DNA of 64,000 nt, from contig NZ_VKLU01000005.1 of NCBI RefSeq assembly GCF_007352635.1, positions 571,940 through 635,939 of the forward strand, given 5' to 3'. Positions 47,156-60,242 of the stretch are shown piece by piece (the first letter of the stretch is position 1; the number at the start of each line of letters is the position of its first letter). A program made the position numbers and the translations under genes. This stretch comes from Corallococcus sp. Z5C101001 (GTDB taxonomy: Bacteria; Myxococcota; Myxococcia; Myxococcales; Myxococcaceae). The notes under the pieces are model-generated. The model saw nothing but the letters and a program-made list of their open reading frames with translations, was not told the DNA's origin and did not search any database.

Positions 47156-48784
47156 TTAGCAGCCCACTTCGACCGCGCCGATTTCCGGGGCCGCGCCGCA
47201 GAAGGGCTGGCCCTCGTCCTGGCCCTTGTCCTGGGCGGAGGCGGAGGGGGCGAAGGTGTCGGACACCGTCACGTCCCCCACGTTGGAGGTGGTGTCCCCC
47301 GTGGCGGCCTTGAAGGCATCCAGGGCCACGGGCTTGCCGTTGTGCATGAACTGCGCGCCCGCCGGGTAGAGGTTGGAGCTCATCTGGAGCCCCGGCGCCT
47401 GGGCGCCCACATCCACGCTCACGGGCGCGTCCACCAGGTTGTTCTCCACGCGCGGGGTCTCCGTGGCGCCGCCCGTGCCGTGGCCCAGGATGATGCCGGC
47501 CTTGGCGCGGGTGATGGTGTTGTTCACCACCACGGCGCCCTTCGAGTTCTCCAGGCGGATGCCCGTGCCCTCGCCGCCGCCCGCTTCGGTGATGTCGTGG
47601 ATGCGGTTGCGCCGCAGGACGACGGACTGGGGCACGGGGCCTTCGTGGTTGCCGCCCACCGCGATGCCCTTGGAGGCGTCGTAGATCTCGTTGTCCTCCA
47701 CCAGCACGTTGTTGGCGGAGTAGTGGATGACCACCGCCTCGCCCTTGGCCGTGTCCGTCTGCTGGAAGTGGTGCATCCGGTTGTTGCGGATGGTGACGTC
47801 GTGGCACGTCTTGATGTCCACGGCGTTCTCCCGGTTGCCGAACAGGTGGTTGTTCTCCACCAGCAGCCCCGTGGCGGGAGGCAGGCTGCTGAAGCCCTCC
47901 GGGCCCAGGCACTGCACGGAGTCACCCGAGACGTCGTGGATGTCGTTGTTGCGCACCGTCACGTTGTACGACGCCGGCTGCATCACGATGCCGTGCGAGT
48001 CCTTGTTGCCGGTGGTCCGCACGAAGTCGTGGATGTTGTTGTTCTCGATGGTGGGGCCCTTGGCCTGATTGAACATCGTGACGCCCGCGCCACCGGTGCC
48101 GCCGTGCACGTCCGAGTTGGCCAGCACGGTGCCCTGCACGTCGCCCTCGAAGGTGACGCCGAAGATGGGCTGCGACTGCACGTCGATCTCGAACCCGTCG
48201 ATGATCCAGTTCGGTCGGCGCACCTGCACGGCCGCGCCCGCGCCGCTGCCCGGGGTCAGGATGGGGTGGCCCTCGCCCTGGAGGGTGATCTTCGCGTCGG
48301 GCGAGCCGGGCTTGGCGTTCTCCCCCAGGATGACGCGCTCGGCGTAGGTGCCCGCCAGCACGCGGATCTTGTCGCCGGGGCCGGCCTTGCCCACCGCCGC
48401 GCCGATGGTGCGCAGCGGCGCGTCGGCCGTGCCCTCGGCCGCGTCGTCGCCGCCGGGTGAGACCACCCACTCATGGACGGGCGCCACCGCCGGGATGGCC
48501 GTCATGGCCTGGGCGGTGACGGCGGGCTGGGGACCGGGCTCCGCGATGGGGACATGGTCCGCGTGCTCCGGCATCTGACCGGCGGGCGTGTCCTCCACCG
48601 GCTGCACGCCGATGGGAGGCGGGGTGCCAGGGTTGCTGGGGGCCTCCGCGGCATTGGCCGTGCCAATGCCGACCCCACCCGAGCCACCGCCGCAAGCGGT
48701 GAGCCCGAAGGCCAGGGTCCAGGCGGCCATGGAGGACATCAGGGTGTTTCGCTTCGTCAATCCGTTGCCTCCTCGAATTCGCAT
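47156..48784 (-). CDS. right-handed parallel beta-helix (pectate-lyase-fold) lipoprotein
   Basis: ATG at 48784 gives MRIRGGNGLTKRNTLMSSMAAWTLAFGLTAC, a lipobox signal. A Gly/Pro-rich linker follows, then repeated NN(x)IHD/NNRxH beta-helix rungs (ENNNIHDF, RNNDIHDV, ENNHLFGN, RNNRMHHF, EDNEIYD, RRNRIHDI). Confidence 0.7.
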   Translation of the reverse strand: MRIRGGNGLTKRNTLMSSMAAWTLAFGLTACGGGSGGVGIGTANAAEAPSNPGTPPPIGVQPVEDTPAGQMPEHADHVPIAEPGPQPAVTAQAMTAIPAVAPVHEWVVSPGGDDAAEGTADAPLRTIGAAVGKAGPGDKIRVLAGTYAERVILGENAKPGSPDAKITLQGEGHPILTPGSGAGAAVQVRRPNWIIDGFEIDVQSQPIFGVTFEGDVQGTVLANSDVHGGTGGAGVTMFNQAKGPTIENNNIHDFVRTTGNKDSHGIVMQPASYNVTVRNNDIHDVSGDSVQCLGPEGFSSLPPATGLLVENNHLFGNRENAVDIKTCHDVTIRNNRMHHFQQTDTAKGEAVVIHYSANNVLVEDNEIYDASKGIAVGGNHEGPVPQSVVLRRNRIHDITEAGGGEGTGIRLENSKGAVVVNNTITRAKAGIILGHGTGGATETPRVENNLVDAPVSVDVGAQAPGLQMSSNLYPAGAQFMHNGKPVALDAFKAATGDTTSNVGDVTVSDTFAPSASAQDKGQDEGQPFCGAAPEIGAVEVGC

Positions 48785-48905
48785 GAGCAGGGGCAACGCA
48801 TGGCGTCGGCCGTTCTATTCACTCCCGGTCATCCGGAAAGGGGCCCGCTGGTGTGGGAGGGAGAACCGTGACGCTCGGCCTCGCGGCGGCTACGGTGCCG
48901 CCGCC

Positions 48906-50660
48906 GTGTCCAAAGCCGTCCTGCTCCTGACCGCCCTGCTGCTCGCCTCCTGCGCCACGCCCGCGCCTGCGCCCTCCCCCGCGTCCAGCACCCGGGGGCT
49001 GGGAGAACCGGAGGTCTCCGCTCCAAGCCCCGCCGCGGACGCGGGCGCCATGCCGCCGCCCCCAGCCGCGCCAGGCCTGGAGGATCCGCTCACGTCGGGG
49101 CTGCCCGGGCCGCAGGACCTGAAGCGCCTGGACTTCCGCAACGGCGAACCCCGGCTGCCCATCAAGCTGATGGAGGCGCGCGACGCGGTGACGTTCTCAC
49201 CGCGAGGCCGGATGCGGCTGCGCTTCGGCGGGCCGGGCGAGAAGGTGCTGGACGCGCCCGCGGGTTCGCGCTGGACGGTGCGGGTCACCCAGGGAGAGCC
49301 GGCCCAGTGGAGCGCGCGGCTGCAGCTGGGGGAGTTCCGCTTCGCGGACAAGGCGGGGCTCGCGGAGGCGCAGGAGGCGTGGCGCGCGCGGGGGCTGGCG
49401 GTGCGCACGCACACGCTGGGCTCGGTGTACGGCATCGCGGGCAAGGTCATCGACAACCGGCGCTACCTGCTCCTGGGCGACGAGGCCCTGACGCCCGCCG
49501 CCGCCGCGGAGAAGCAGGCGGAGCTGCTCCGCCGCTACGGCCTGCGCACGACGCTCTTCGAGGAGGTCCGCAAGCCGTCCAGCGCCATCCTGGAGCTCAA
49601 GGACGAGAACGACGCCGTGGTGGGGCTTGGGCAGGACCGGCTGGACGCGGAGACCCAGGACGGCAGCGGCTTCGACGTGCGGCAGGTGGAGTACGGCGTG
49701 GGCTACGACTTCCACGCCTTCGAGGACCGCAGCTTCCGCGGGGCGCTCCAGTTCGCGGTGGACCGGAGCGGCAAGCTCGCGGTGGTGAACGTGGTGGGCC
49801 TGGAGGACCTGCTCAAGGGGCTGGTGCCCTCTGAGATCTTCGCGCGCGCGCACCCGGAGGCGCTCAAGGCCCAGGCCGTCACGGCGCGGGGCGAGGTGCT
49901 GGCGAAGGTGGGCATCAAGCACCTGGCGGACCCCTACCTGCTGTGCTCGGAGCAGCACTGCGCGGTGTACCGGGGCCGCACCGGGGAGGCGGCCAGCACC
50001 ACCGCCGCGGTGGAGGCCACCCGGGGCGAGGCCCTCTTCAGCCGGGACGGACGGCTGGTGGACTCCGTCTACAGCGCCGTGTGCGGCGGCCACACCGAGG
50101 ACAACGACGTGGTGTGGGGCGGCCCGCCCGACCCCAGCCTGCGCGGGCGCCCGGACTTGCTGGAGTCCGCGCCGGACGTGCCGGGACCGTCGAACCTCAA
50201 GGCCTGGCTCGCGACCTCCGACGTCCCGGCGGCCTGCAAGCTGTCCAGCTTCGCGCAGCCGTCGAAGTTCCGGTGGGAGAAGCGCTTCACGCAGGCCCAG
50301 GTGGACGCGCTCACGGAGAAGCTGGGGGTGGGATCCATCCAGGCGCTCGTCCTGTCCGAGCGCGGGGTCTCCGGGAGGGCCCGGCTGCTCACGCTGTCCG
50401 GGATGAAGGGCGCCACCCAGGTCCGGGGAGAGCTGAACATCCGGCGGCTCTTCGGGATGCTCAACAGCAGCATGGCCACGGTGGAGCCCGAGCGGGACGC
50501 CGAGGGACGGCTCACCGGGTGGCTCTTCCGGGGGGGAGGCTGGGGTCACGGCGTGGGCATGTGTCAGACAGGCGCCATCGGCCGGGCGGAGGCGGGCCAG
50601 CGCTACCCGGAGATCCTCCGCTACTACTTCAACGGGGCGGAGGTCGCGCCCATCTACTGA
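48906..50660 (+). CDS. SpoIID/LytB-domain lipoprotein
   Basis: The GTG at 48906 gives MSKAVLLLTALLLASC, a lipobox signal. A C-terminal SpoIID-like region follows (YSAVCGGHTEDN ... WGHGVGMCQTGAIGRAEAGQRYPEILRYYF). The start call is tentative. Confidence 0.7.
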   Translation: MSKAVLLLTALLLASCATPAPAPSPASSTRGLGEPEVSAPSPAADAGAMPPPPAAPGLEDPLTSGLPGPQDLKRLDFRNGEPRLPIKLMEARDAVTFSPRGRMRLRFGGPGEKVLDAPAGSRWTVRVTQGEPAQWSARLQLGEFRFADKAGLAEAQEAWRARGLAVRTHTLGSVYGIAGKVIDNRRYLLLGDEALTPAAAAEKQAELLRRYGLRTTLFEEVRKPSSAILELKDENDAVVGLGQDRLDAETQDGSGFDVRQVEYGVGYDFHAFEDRSFRGALQFAVDRSGKLAVVNVVGLEDLLKGLVPSEIFARAHPEALKAQAVTARGEVLAKVGIKHLADPYLLCSEQHCAVYRGRTGEAASTTAAVEATRGEALFSRDGRLVDSVYSAVCGGHTEDNDVVWGGPPDPSLRGRPDLLESAPDVPGPSNLKAWLATSDVPAACKLSSFAQPSKFRWEKRFTQAQVDALTEKLGVGSIQALVLSERGVSGRARLLTLSGMKGATQVRGELNIRRLFGMLNSSMATVEPERDAEGRLTGWLFRGGGWGHGVGMCQTGAIGRAEAGQRYPEILRYYFNGAEVAPIY

Positions 50661-50777
50661 GGTGAAGAGGACATTTCGCGCTCCCGTTTCGGGGAACGCG
50701 AATCTCTTTGATGTCCCGCGTGTTACGGGCCGCACGTTCGGGACTGTAGAAGCGGTCCGGAGGTTTATCATCAGGCC

Positions 50778-52019
50778 GTGGGCATGGGTTCCTCGACAGA
50801 CTGGCGTCAGCGACGCGAGCGCAAGAGGCGCGCGCCGCTGCGCTATCTGGTGGCGGGCATCCTGGCGCTCCTGGCGCAGGGCGCGTTCGTGGGCTTCGTG
50901 CTCCTGGTCTCCGCCGTGCAGGGAAGCCTCGCACCTGAGAAGCGCCCCGCCCGCCCCACCTCCGTGGCGATGAGGCCGCTCACGTCGGAGCAGTGGGCGA
51001 AGAACCGGGGCGCCGCGACGCCCCAGACGAAGCCCCGCCCCACCGAGAAGCGCGAGCCGAAGGAAGAGAAGAAGCCGGACGAGACGAAGCCCCAGGGCCA
51101 GGTGGTGGACGTGGCGCCGGGGAATGATCAGCAGTCTCCAGACGCGAAGTACCTGGCCGAGCACAACAACACGGTCGACAAGGAGACGCGCGCCCGGGAC
51201 CAGACGCCCTTCTACCGCAACGCCATGCCCCAGCGGACGGCGCCCCAGAAGCAGGAGGGCGTGCAGCACGAGCAGGTGCAGCCCCCGCGCGTGTCCGGCA
51301 ACAACGGCCAGGGCGCGGATGACCGGCCGCAGTCCCAGGGCGGCAAGAAGCCCGTCTTCGAGATGCCGGAGACGCGCCGCAAGCAGGAGATCGCCATGAA
51401 GACGGATCCGCGGGAGCACGGCCCGGGCATGGCGGTGAAGAACCAGGCGGAGAGCGACGCCGCGACGGGCAACGCGAAGCGCCTGCGCATCCAGCCCGGA
51501 GAGGGCGAGGACAGCGAACAGGAGGGCTCCGCCGGCCGCGCCGGTTCCCCGGGCCTGGCGACGTTGATGCCGTCGCAGGCGGCGATGGACCGCGTGGTGG
51601 GCGCCGCGCCCAACGACATGCTCCAGGACAAGGAGGAGGGCGACGGCACCTTCCTCAACACGCGCGAGTGGAAGTACGCCAGCTTCTTCAACCGCGTGAA
51701 GCAGAGCGTGGGCATGCACTGGAATCCCAACGAGCAGCTGCGCATGCGCGACCCGACGGGCAACATCTACTCTGGGCGCGACCGCCAGACGCTGCTCTCC
51801 ATCACCCTGGACGAGCGCGGCCAGGTGAAGGACATCCAGGTGGAGAAGAGCAGCGGCCTGGACTTCCTGGACATGGAGGCCGTGTCCTCCTTCAAGCGCG
51901 CGCAGCCCTTCCCCAACCCGCCGTCGGGCCTGCTGGGCCAGGACGCGACGGTGCGCTTCCAGTTCGGCTTCTTCATGGAGATGGGCGGCGGGCCGCGGAT
52001 GCGGCTGTTCCGTCAGTAG
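50778..52019 (+). CDS. TonB C-terminal domain protein (membrane-anchored, long Lys/Glu/Pro/Gln-rich linker)
   Basis: N-terminal TM anchor (LRYLVAGILALLAQGAFVGFVLLVSAV), a ~250-aa charged low-complexity linker, and a TonB_C-like C-terminus (ITLDERGQVKDIQVEKSSGLDFLDMEAVSSFKRAQPFPNPP). Confidence 0.65.
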   Translation: MGMGSSTDWRQRRERKRRAPLRYLVAGILALLAQGAFVGFVLLVSAVQGSLAPEKRPARPTSVAMRPLTSEQWAKNRGAATPQTKPRPTEKREPKEEKKPDETKPQGQVVDVAPGNDQQSPDAKYLAEHNNTVDKETRARDQTPFYRNAMPQRTAPQKQEGVQHEQVQPPRVSGNNGQGADDRPQSQGGKKPVFEMPETRRKQEIAMKTDPREHGPGMAVKNQAESDAATGNAKRLRIQPGEGEDSEQEGSAGRAGSPGLATLMPSQAAMDRVVGAAPNDMLQDKEEGDGTFLNTREWKYASFFNRVKQSVGMHWNPNEQLRMRDPTGNIYSGRDRQTLLSITLDERGQVKDIQVEKSSGLDFLDMEAVSSFKRAQPFPNPPSGLLGQDATVRFQFGFFMEMGGGPRMRLFRQ

Positions 52020-52113
52020 CGAGCGCGGGCACCCCGGCATCCGTCCGCCGCCGGGCAACCCACGTCAACAGGTCCTCGCGGCGGAGGCCCCAGGGGCACT
52101 ACCCTGCGCCGCC

Positions 52114-53013
52114 GTGGACGCCCCTCTCACCGACCGCAGTGCCGCGCTCCAGGAGCGCAACCAGAAGGTCCGCTTCGTCCTGTTGGCCATCCTCGTGGCC
52201 AACTGGGTGGTGGCCGTGGCCAAGCTCGCCTTCGGGATGATGGCCCAATCCGCGTCGGTGACGGCGGACGGGCTGCATTCGTTCATCGACGGCAGCTCCA
52301 ACGTGCTGGGGCTGGTGGCCATGGGCGTGGCGTCACAGCCCGCGGACGCGGACCACCCCTATGGGCACGGCAAGTTCGAGGCGCTCGCGTCCCTGGGCAT
52401 CGGCGCGATGATTGGCGTGGGCATGCTGGAGCTGGGGCGCATGGCGTTCGACTCGCTGATGAACGACAAGCACCCCACGGTGTCGCTGCTGATGGCCGGG
52501 GTGATGGGGGTGACGCTCGTCATCAACCTGGTGGTGACGCGCGTGGAGCGGCACTACGGAGAGAAGTACAAGAGCTCGCTGCTGCTCGCGGACGCACAGC
52601 ACACGCTGTCGGACGTGTTCGTCACCATCGCGGTGCTCATCTCCCTGGCGCTCGTCGCGCTGGGCTTTCCGCGCGCGGACGGGCTGGTGGCGCTGGCGGT
52701 GATGGTCTTCGTGGCACGGGTGGCGTACGGCATCGTCCGGCAGGCGGTGGGCATCCTCTCCGACACCGCGCGCCTGGACCCCGCGCAGGTGTCCCAACAG
52801 ACGCTGGCGGTGGCCGGCGTGCGCTCGTGCCGCGACGTGCGCAGCCGCGGCATGGAGGAGAGCGTCTACGTGGACCTGAAGATCGAAGTCGACCCGCAGC
52901 TCACCACCGCGCAGGCCCACGAGGTCGCGGACAAGGTGGAGGCGACGCTCCAGGGCGCGTACCCGCAGGTGGTGGACGTGGTGGTGCACGTGGAGCCCGC
53001 GCGGCTCCGCTAG
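52114..53013 (+). CDS. cation diffusion facilitator (CDF) family metal efflux transporter
   Basis: Six TM helices. The HxxxD-type motifs are HSFIDGSS and HTLSDVF, with a C-terminal cytoplasmic domain. GTG start at 52114. Confidence 0.85.
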   Translation: MDAPLTDRSAALQERNQKVRFVLLAILVANWVVAVAKLAFGMMAQSASVTADGLHSFIDGSSNVLGLVAMGVASQPADADHPYGHGKFEALASLGIGAMIGVGMLELGRMAFDSLMNDKHPTVSLLMAGVMGVTLVINLVVTRVERHYGEKYKSSLLLADAQHTLSDVFVTIAVLISLALVALGFPRADGLVALAVMVFVARVAYGIVRQAVGILSDTARLDPAQVSQQTLAVAGVRSCRDVRSRGMEESVYVDLKIEVDPQLTTAQAHEVADKVEATLQGAYPQVVDVVVHVEPARLR

Positions 53014-53097
53014 ACGCCCGCGGGCGGCGAAAACACGAGGGCCGCCTTCCGATGTCCTGGAAGACGGCCCCGGTGACGACTTCGGAGGGACGGAGCG

Positions 53098-56001
<2,904 letters not shown>

Positions 56002-56111
56002 GGTCGGAAGGGCTCGCGGGTGGTGCGGAAAGAAGTCAGCGTCCGAGCGGGCTCGGGGCTCCATGGAGCGTCACTAACAATCGGGACGCGCGACTTCTTG
56101 CGTGCGCGGGA

Positions 56112-56495
56112 CTACTTCAGGAGCGCACCGTAGGCGGCGGCGTCCAGGAGCTTGTCTGTCTGCCCGGCGTCCTGGGGCTCGACCTCGACGATCCATCCCT
56201 CCCCATACGGGTCGGTGTTGATGATGGACGGGTTGCCGGTGAGCGCGTCGTTCACCTTGACCACGGTGCCGGAGATGGGCGCGAACAGGTCCGACACGGC
56301 CTTGGTGGACTCGATGACGCCGAAGTTCTTGCCCTCCACCAGCCGGGCGCCCAGCTTCGGCAGCTCCACGTAGACGACGTCGCCCAGGGACTCCTGGGCG
56401 TGGTGGGTGACGCCGATGACCACGGTCTTGCCGGTGATCCGGGCCCACTCGTGCTCCGGCGTGTACTTCAGGTCCTGCGGGATGGTGTCAGACAT
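56112..56495 (-). CDS. gcvH: glycine cleavage system H protein
   Basis: Begins MSDTIPQDLKYTPEHEWARI and carries the lipoyl-lysine motif ESTKAVSDLFAPISG. GAGGAG Shine-Dalgarno. Confidence 0.93.
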   Translation of the reverse strand: MSDTIPQDLKYTPEHEWARITGKTVVIGVTHHAQESLGDVVYVELPKLGARLVEGKNFGVIESTKAVSDLFAPISGTVVKVNDALTGNPSIINTDPYGEGWIVEVEPQDAGQTDKLLDAAAYGALLK

Positions 56496-56533
56496 GGAGG
56501 CGGCTCCTCGCAAAAGGTGCGAACGGGAGGGAA

Positions 56534-57619
56534 TCAGGACTTCTTGAGGAAGGGGGTCTTCACGACGACCGCGGGCACGGCGCGGCCGCGGATCTCGACG
56601 TCGAAGGTGGAGCCCTCGGTGGAGAGCGCCGTGGGCACGTAGCCCATGCCGATGGGCTTCTTCACGGTGGGGCCCTGCGTGCCGCTGGTGACCTCGCCCA
56701 CGCGGGCGCCGTCCTTGAGGATGGGGTAGCCGTGGCGCGGGATGCCGGCGCCCGTCAGCTCGAAGCCCACCAGCTTGCGCGGCACGCCCGCGGCCTTCTG
56801 CGCGACGAGTGCGTCCTTGCCGATGAAGCCGCCCGGCTTGTCCAGCTTGACGATCCAGCCCAGGCCCGCCTCCAGGGCGGTGTGCGCGTCGTCGATGTCG
56901 TTGCCGTACAGCGCGTACTTCATCTCCGTGCGCAGCGAGTCGCGCGCGCCCAAGCCACAGGGCTTCACGCCGTCCGGCTGCCCGTTCTCCAGGAGCGCGT
57001 CCCAGAGCTTCACGGCGTCCTCGGCGGCGCAGTAGAGCTCGAAGCCGTCCTCGCCGGTGTAGCCCGTGCGGGAGATGATGGACTTCACGCCGGCCACCTC
57101 CCCTTCCGTGAAGCGGTAGGTGCCCACCTTGGACAGGTCCGCCTTCGTCAGGCGCTGCACCAGCCCCACGGCCTTCGGGCCCTGGACGGCGATCTGCGCG
57201 AACTCGTCCCCGCGGTCCACCGGGGTCACGCCCTCCGCGCGCGCCTTCATCCAGGCGAAGTCCTTCTCGCGGTTGCTGGAGTTGACGCAGATGAGGATGC
57301 GCTCGGGGCTGAAGCGGTAGGCGACGACGTCGTCCACGAAACCGCCCAGGTCGTTGAGCAGGCCCGCGTAGACGGCCTGACCGTCCTGGCAGCGGGCAAG
57401 GTCGTTGGAGATGAGCCGGTTCACGGTCTCCAGGGCGCCGGGCCCTGAGAATTCAATTTCCCCCATATGCGAGACATCGAACAGGCCGACGGCATTGCGC
57501 ACGGCCTCGTGCTCGGCGATGACGGAGGAGTACTGAACCGGCATGTCCCAACCGACGAAGTCGACCATCCGGGCCCCCAGCTTGCGGTGGGCCTCGTTGA
57601 GGGGCGTACGCCGGGTCAT
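56534..57619 (-). CDS. gcvT: glycine cleavage system aminomethyltransferase T
   Basis: Begins [30 protein letters not shown], aligning with the E. coli GcvT N-terminus. Confidence 0.93.
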   Translation of the reverse strand: MTRRTPLNEAHRKLGARMVDFVGWDMPVQYSSVIAEHEAVRNAVGLFDVSHMGEIEFSGPGALETVNRLISNDLARCQDGQAVYAGLLNDLGGFVDDVVAYRFSPERILICVNSSNREKDFAWMKARAEGVTPVDRGDEFAQIAVQGPKAVGLVQRLTKADLSKVGTYRFTEGEVAGVKSIISRTGYTGEDGFELYCAAEDAVKLWDALLENGQPDGVKPCGLGARDSLRTEMKYALYGNDIDDAHTALEAGLGWIVKLDKPGGFIGKDALVAQKAAGVPRKLVGFELTGAGIPRHGYPILKDGARVGEVTSGTQGPTVKKPIGMGYVPTALSTEGSTFDVEIRGRAVPAVVVKTPFLKKS

Positions 57620-57716
57620 TGACTTCTCCATGGCAGGGGTGGCGAAACGGCGCGGACTATAGCGGCGCACCTTCTCCGATCAAGGCCGACGCGGAAGGGA
57701 CTAAACTCCTCCCGAC

Positions 57717-58589
57717 ATGAAGATTCGCAACTGCCTCAACCCTTCCCGACCGAGCTTCTCGTTCGAGTTTTTTCCTCCCAAGACGGACGCGGGCGTGGCC
57801 GCGCTCCTTCGCACGGTGGAGGAGCTCGCGCCGTTGGACCCGGGGTTCGTGTCGGTGACCTACGGGGCGGGCGGCAGCACGCGCGACCGGACGGTGGAGC
57901 TGGTGACGCACATCAAGCAGCACACCGGGATCGAGGCCATGGCGCACCTGACGTGCGTGGGGCACACCCGCGACGAGCTTCGTGACGTGCTGCGCCGGCT
58001 CGGCGCGGCAGGCATCGAGAACATCCTCCTGCTGCGGGGGGACCCCCCCCAGGGGCAGACGACGTTCGAGCCGGTGCCCGGGGGCTTCCGTTACGCGGAG
58101 GAGCTGGTCCGATTCGTCCGAGAAGAGGATTTCAACTTCTGCCTGGGGGGTGCGTGCTATCCGGAGGGCCACGTGGAGACGGCGTCGCGCGAGGACGACC
58201 TCCGGCATCTGAAGGCGAAGGTGGATGCGGGGATGGACTTCGTGGTGACGCAGCTCTTCTTCGACAACGCCTTCTATTTCGACTTCGTGGAGCGGGCGCG
58301 GCGGGTGGGCATCAATGTCCCCATCGTCCCCGGCATCATGCCCATCACCAACTACGAGCAGGTCCAGCGCTTCACGCGCATGTGTGGCGCCACGGTGCCC
58401 ATGCGTCTGGCGCTGCAGATGGAGCGCGTGAAGGATCAGCCGGACGCGGTGGTGCAGCTGGGCGTCGCGCACGCCACGGTGCAGTGCATGGAGCTGCTGT
58501 CGCGCGGCGTGCCGGGCATCCACTTCTACACGCTGAACAAGTCGCCCGCGACGCGGATGATCGTGGGCGCGCTGAGGGGGCGGTCATGA
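57717..58589 (+). CDS. metF: 5,10-methylenetetrahydrofolate reductase
   Basis: Has the MetF motifs FSFEFFPPKT, SVTYGAGGSTRDRT and LRGDPP. Confidence 0.9.
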   Translation: MKIRNCLNPSRPSFSFEFFPPKTDAGVAALLRTVEELAPLDPGFVSVTYGAGGSTRDRTVELVTHIKQHTGIEAMAHLTCVGHTRDELRDVLRRLGAAGIENILLLRGDPPQGQTTFEPVPGGFRYAEELVRFVREEDFNFCLGGACYPEGHVETASREDDLRHLKAKVDAGMDFVVTQLFFDNAFYFDFVERARRVGINVPIVPGIMPITNYEQVQRFTRMCGATVPMRLALQMERVKDQPDAVVQLGVAHATVQCMELLSRGVPGIHFYTLNKSPATRMIVGALRGRS

Positions 58590-59008
58590 GCGGTCCAGGT
58601 CCGCAGCTCGCGCCGGGAGATCCGCGCATCAAGGTCTTCGAGATCGTGCGCTTCCCGGCGTTCTTCCTGCTCATCGTCGGCGTGCTGCACGTGGTGTTCA
58701 GCCTGCTGGGGGCCGTGCTCGCGGCGCTGAAGGTGGTGTCGCCCTTCTCGCCCCCGGGCGGGCCGCCGGTGGTGCTGGAGTTCACGCTGGGGTTCTCGCT
58801 GGCCATCCTGGGCGGCATCCTCTGCGGGGTCCTCGCCATCTGGGGCGCGTGGAGCGCCATGAACCTCAAGGGGTATGGGCTCGCGACGGTGGGCGCCATC
58901 TGCGCGCTCTACACGCTGACGCCGGGGTGCTTCGCGGGGGTGCCGGTGGCGGTGTGGATGCTCTTCACGCTGCGCCGCGAGGGAGTCAGGGAGGCCTTCG
59001 CCCCATGA
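58586..59008 (+). CDS. small polytopic membrane protein (hypothetical), translationally coupled between metF and hom
   Basis: The ATG at 58586 overlaps the metF stop as ATGA and follows GAGGGGG. 140 aa with ~4 hydrophobic helices. Its stop overlaps the hom start, again as ATGA. Confidence 0.55.
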   Translation: MSGPGPQLAPGDPRIKVFEIVRFPAFFLLIVGVLHVVFSLLGAVLAALKVVSPFSPPGGPPVVLEFTLGFSLAILGGILCGVLAIWGAWSAMNLKGYGLATVGAICALYTLTPGCFAGVPVAVWMLFTLRREGVREAFAP

Positions 59009-60060
59009 GCCCGCGGGCCGTGCGCACCGTTCGCTTCCTGCTCACGGGCCTGGGGAATGTGGGAGTGCCGCTGCTGGAGATCCTCCAGTCGCGCGCGTCG
59101 CTGTTGATGGAGCGCTACCGGCTGGAGCTGCTGCCGGTGGGGCTGGCGGACTCCGGTGGCGCGGCGGTGTCGCCGACCGGGCTGGACGTGGCGGCGGTGC
59201 TGGCGGTGAAGCGGGCGCGGCACTCGGTGGCGTCGCTGCCTGGTGTAGGACGGCCGGGGATGAGCGGGCGCGCGCTGGTCCGCGAGGTGAAGGCGGACCT
59301 GCTGCTGGAGGCCACGCCCACGAACCTGAAGGACGGGCAGCCCGGGCTGGACATCACGCGGGACGCGCTGATGCGGGGCATGCCGGCGGTGCTCGCGAGC
59401 AAGGGGCCGCTGGTGTTGGGCTTCCAGGAGCTGGCGCGCCTGAGCGACCTGGAGTCGCCGGGCCGCCCGCCGCTGCGCTTCAGTGGCGCGGCGGGCGCGG
59501 CGATGCCGCTGGTGTCCTTGGGGCGCGGCGACCTGGCGCTGGGGAAGCTGGGCCGGTTCGAGGGCGTGCTCAACAACACCAGCCAGCTGCTCCTGAGCCG
59601 GATGTCGCAGGGCCATTCATATGACTCGGCGCTGAAGGAGGCGCAGGCGCTGGGCATCGCGGAGGCAGACCCGGCGCTGGACGTGGACGGCTGGGACACC
59701 GCGAGCAAGCTGGTCATCCTGGCCAACGCGGTGATGCGCGTGCCCGCCGTGCTGAGCGACGTGGCGGTGACGGGGATGCGTGGCGTGACGCGCGAGCAGC
59801 TGGACACGGCGCGGGCGAAGGGCGGACAGGTGTTGCTGCTGGCTCGAGGGGAGCCGCTGGGCGAGGAGCGCTGGGAGTGGAGCGTGCGGCCCACGGCCGT
59901 GGACGCATCCCATCCCCTGGCGCGGCTGGGCCCGATGGAGATGGGCGCGGTGTTTCGCAGCGACCTGCACGGCGTGAACACCCTCATCAACGCCGAACAG
60001 GGCGCGCGGGGCACGGGCGCCGCGATGCTCAAGGACGTGCTGGAGATCTTCCCGGACTGA
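59005..60060 (+). CDS. hom: homoserine dehydrogenase (short form, no ACT domain)
   Basis: NAD-binding N-terminus (VRFLLTGLGNVG) and a catalytic region (WDTASKLVILANAV). ATG at 59005 follows GGGAGTCAGGGAGG. Confidence 0.8.
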   Translation: MSPRAVRTVRFLLTGLGNVGVPLLEILQSRASLLMERYRLELLPVGLADSGGAAVSPTGLDVAAVLAVKRARHSVASLPGVGRPGMSGRALVREVKADLLLEATPTNLKDGQPGLDITRDALMRGMPAVLASKGPLVLGFQELARLSDLESPGRPPLRFSGAAGAAMPLVSLGRGDLALGKLGRFEGVLNNTSQLLLSRMSQGHSYDSALKEAQALGIAEADPALDVDGWDTASKLVILANAVMRVPAVLSDVAVTGMRGVTREQLDTARAKGGQVLLLARGEPLGEERWEWSVRPTAVDASHPLARLGPMEMGAVFRSDLHGVNTLINAEQGARGTGAAMLKDVLEIFPD

Positions 60061-60242
60061 GCGCGCCTCTTCCCGCGAAGTCCGTGGGGGTATCACGGGC
60101 CGTGAAGGAGTTGTGCGAAGCTCCTGGGCCCCCAGGCGTGTCCCGGTTGGAAGTCCGGGCGCGAAAGGGGATGCGCCGGCCCGGAAGGCCGGCTCCGGCC
60201 TTCCACCCACGTGAACCAGCGACTCCAACTCCGAGGTACACC

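Noticed and set aside
57620-57716. Possible glycine riboswitch upstream of gcvT
   Set aside because: The spacer is only 97 nt and lacks the conserved aptamer blocks. Not called.
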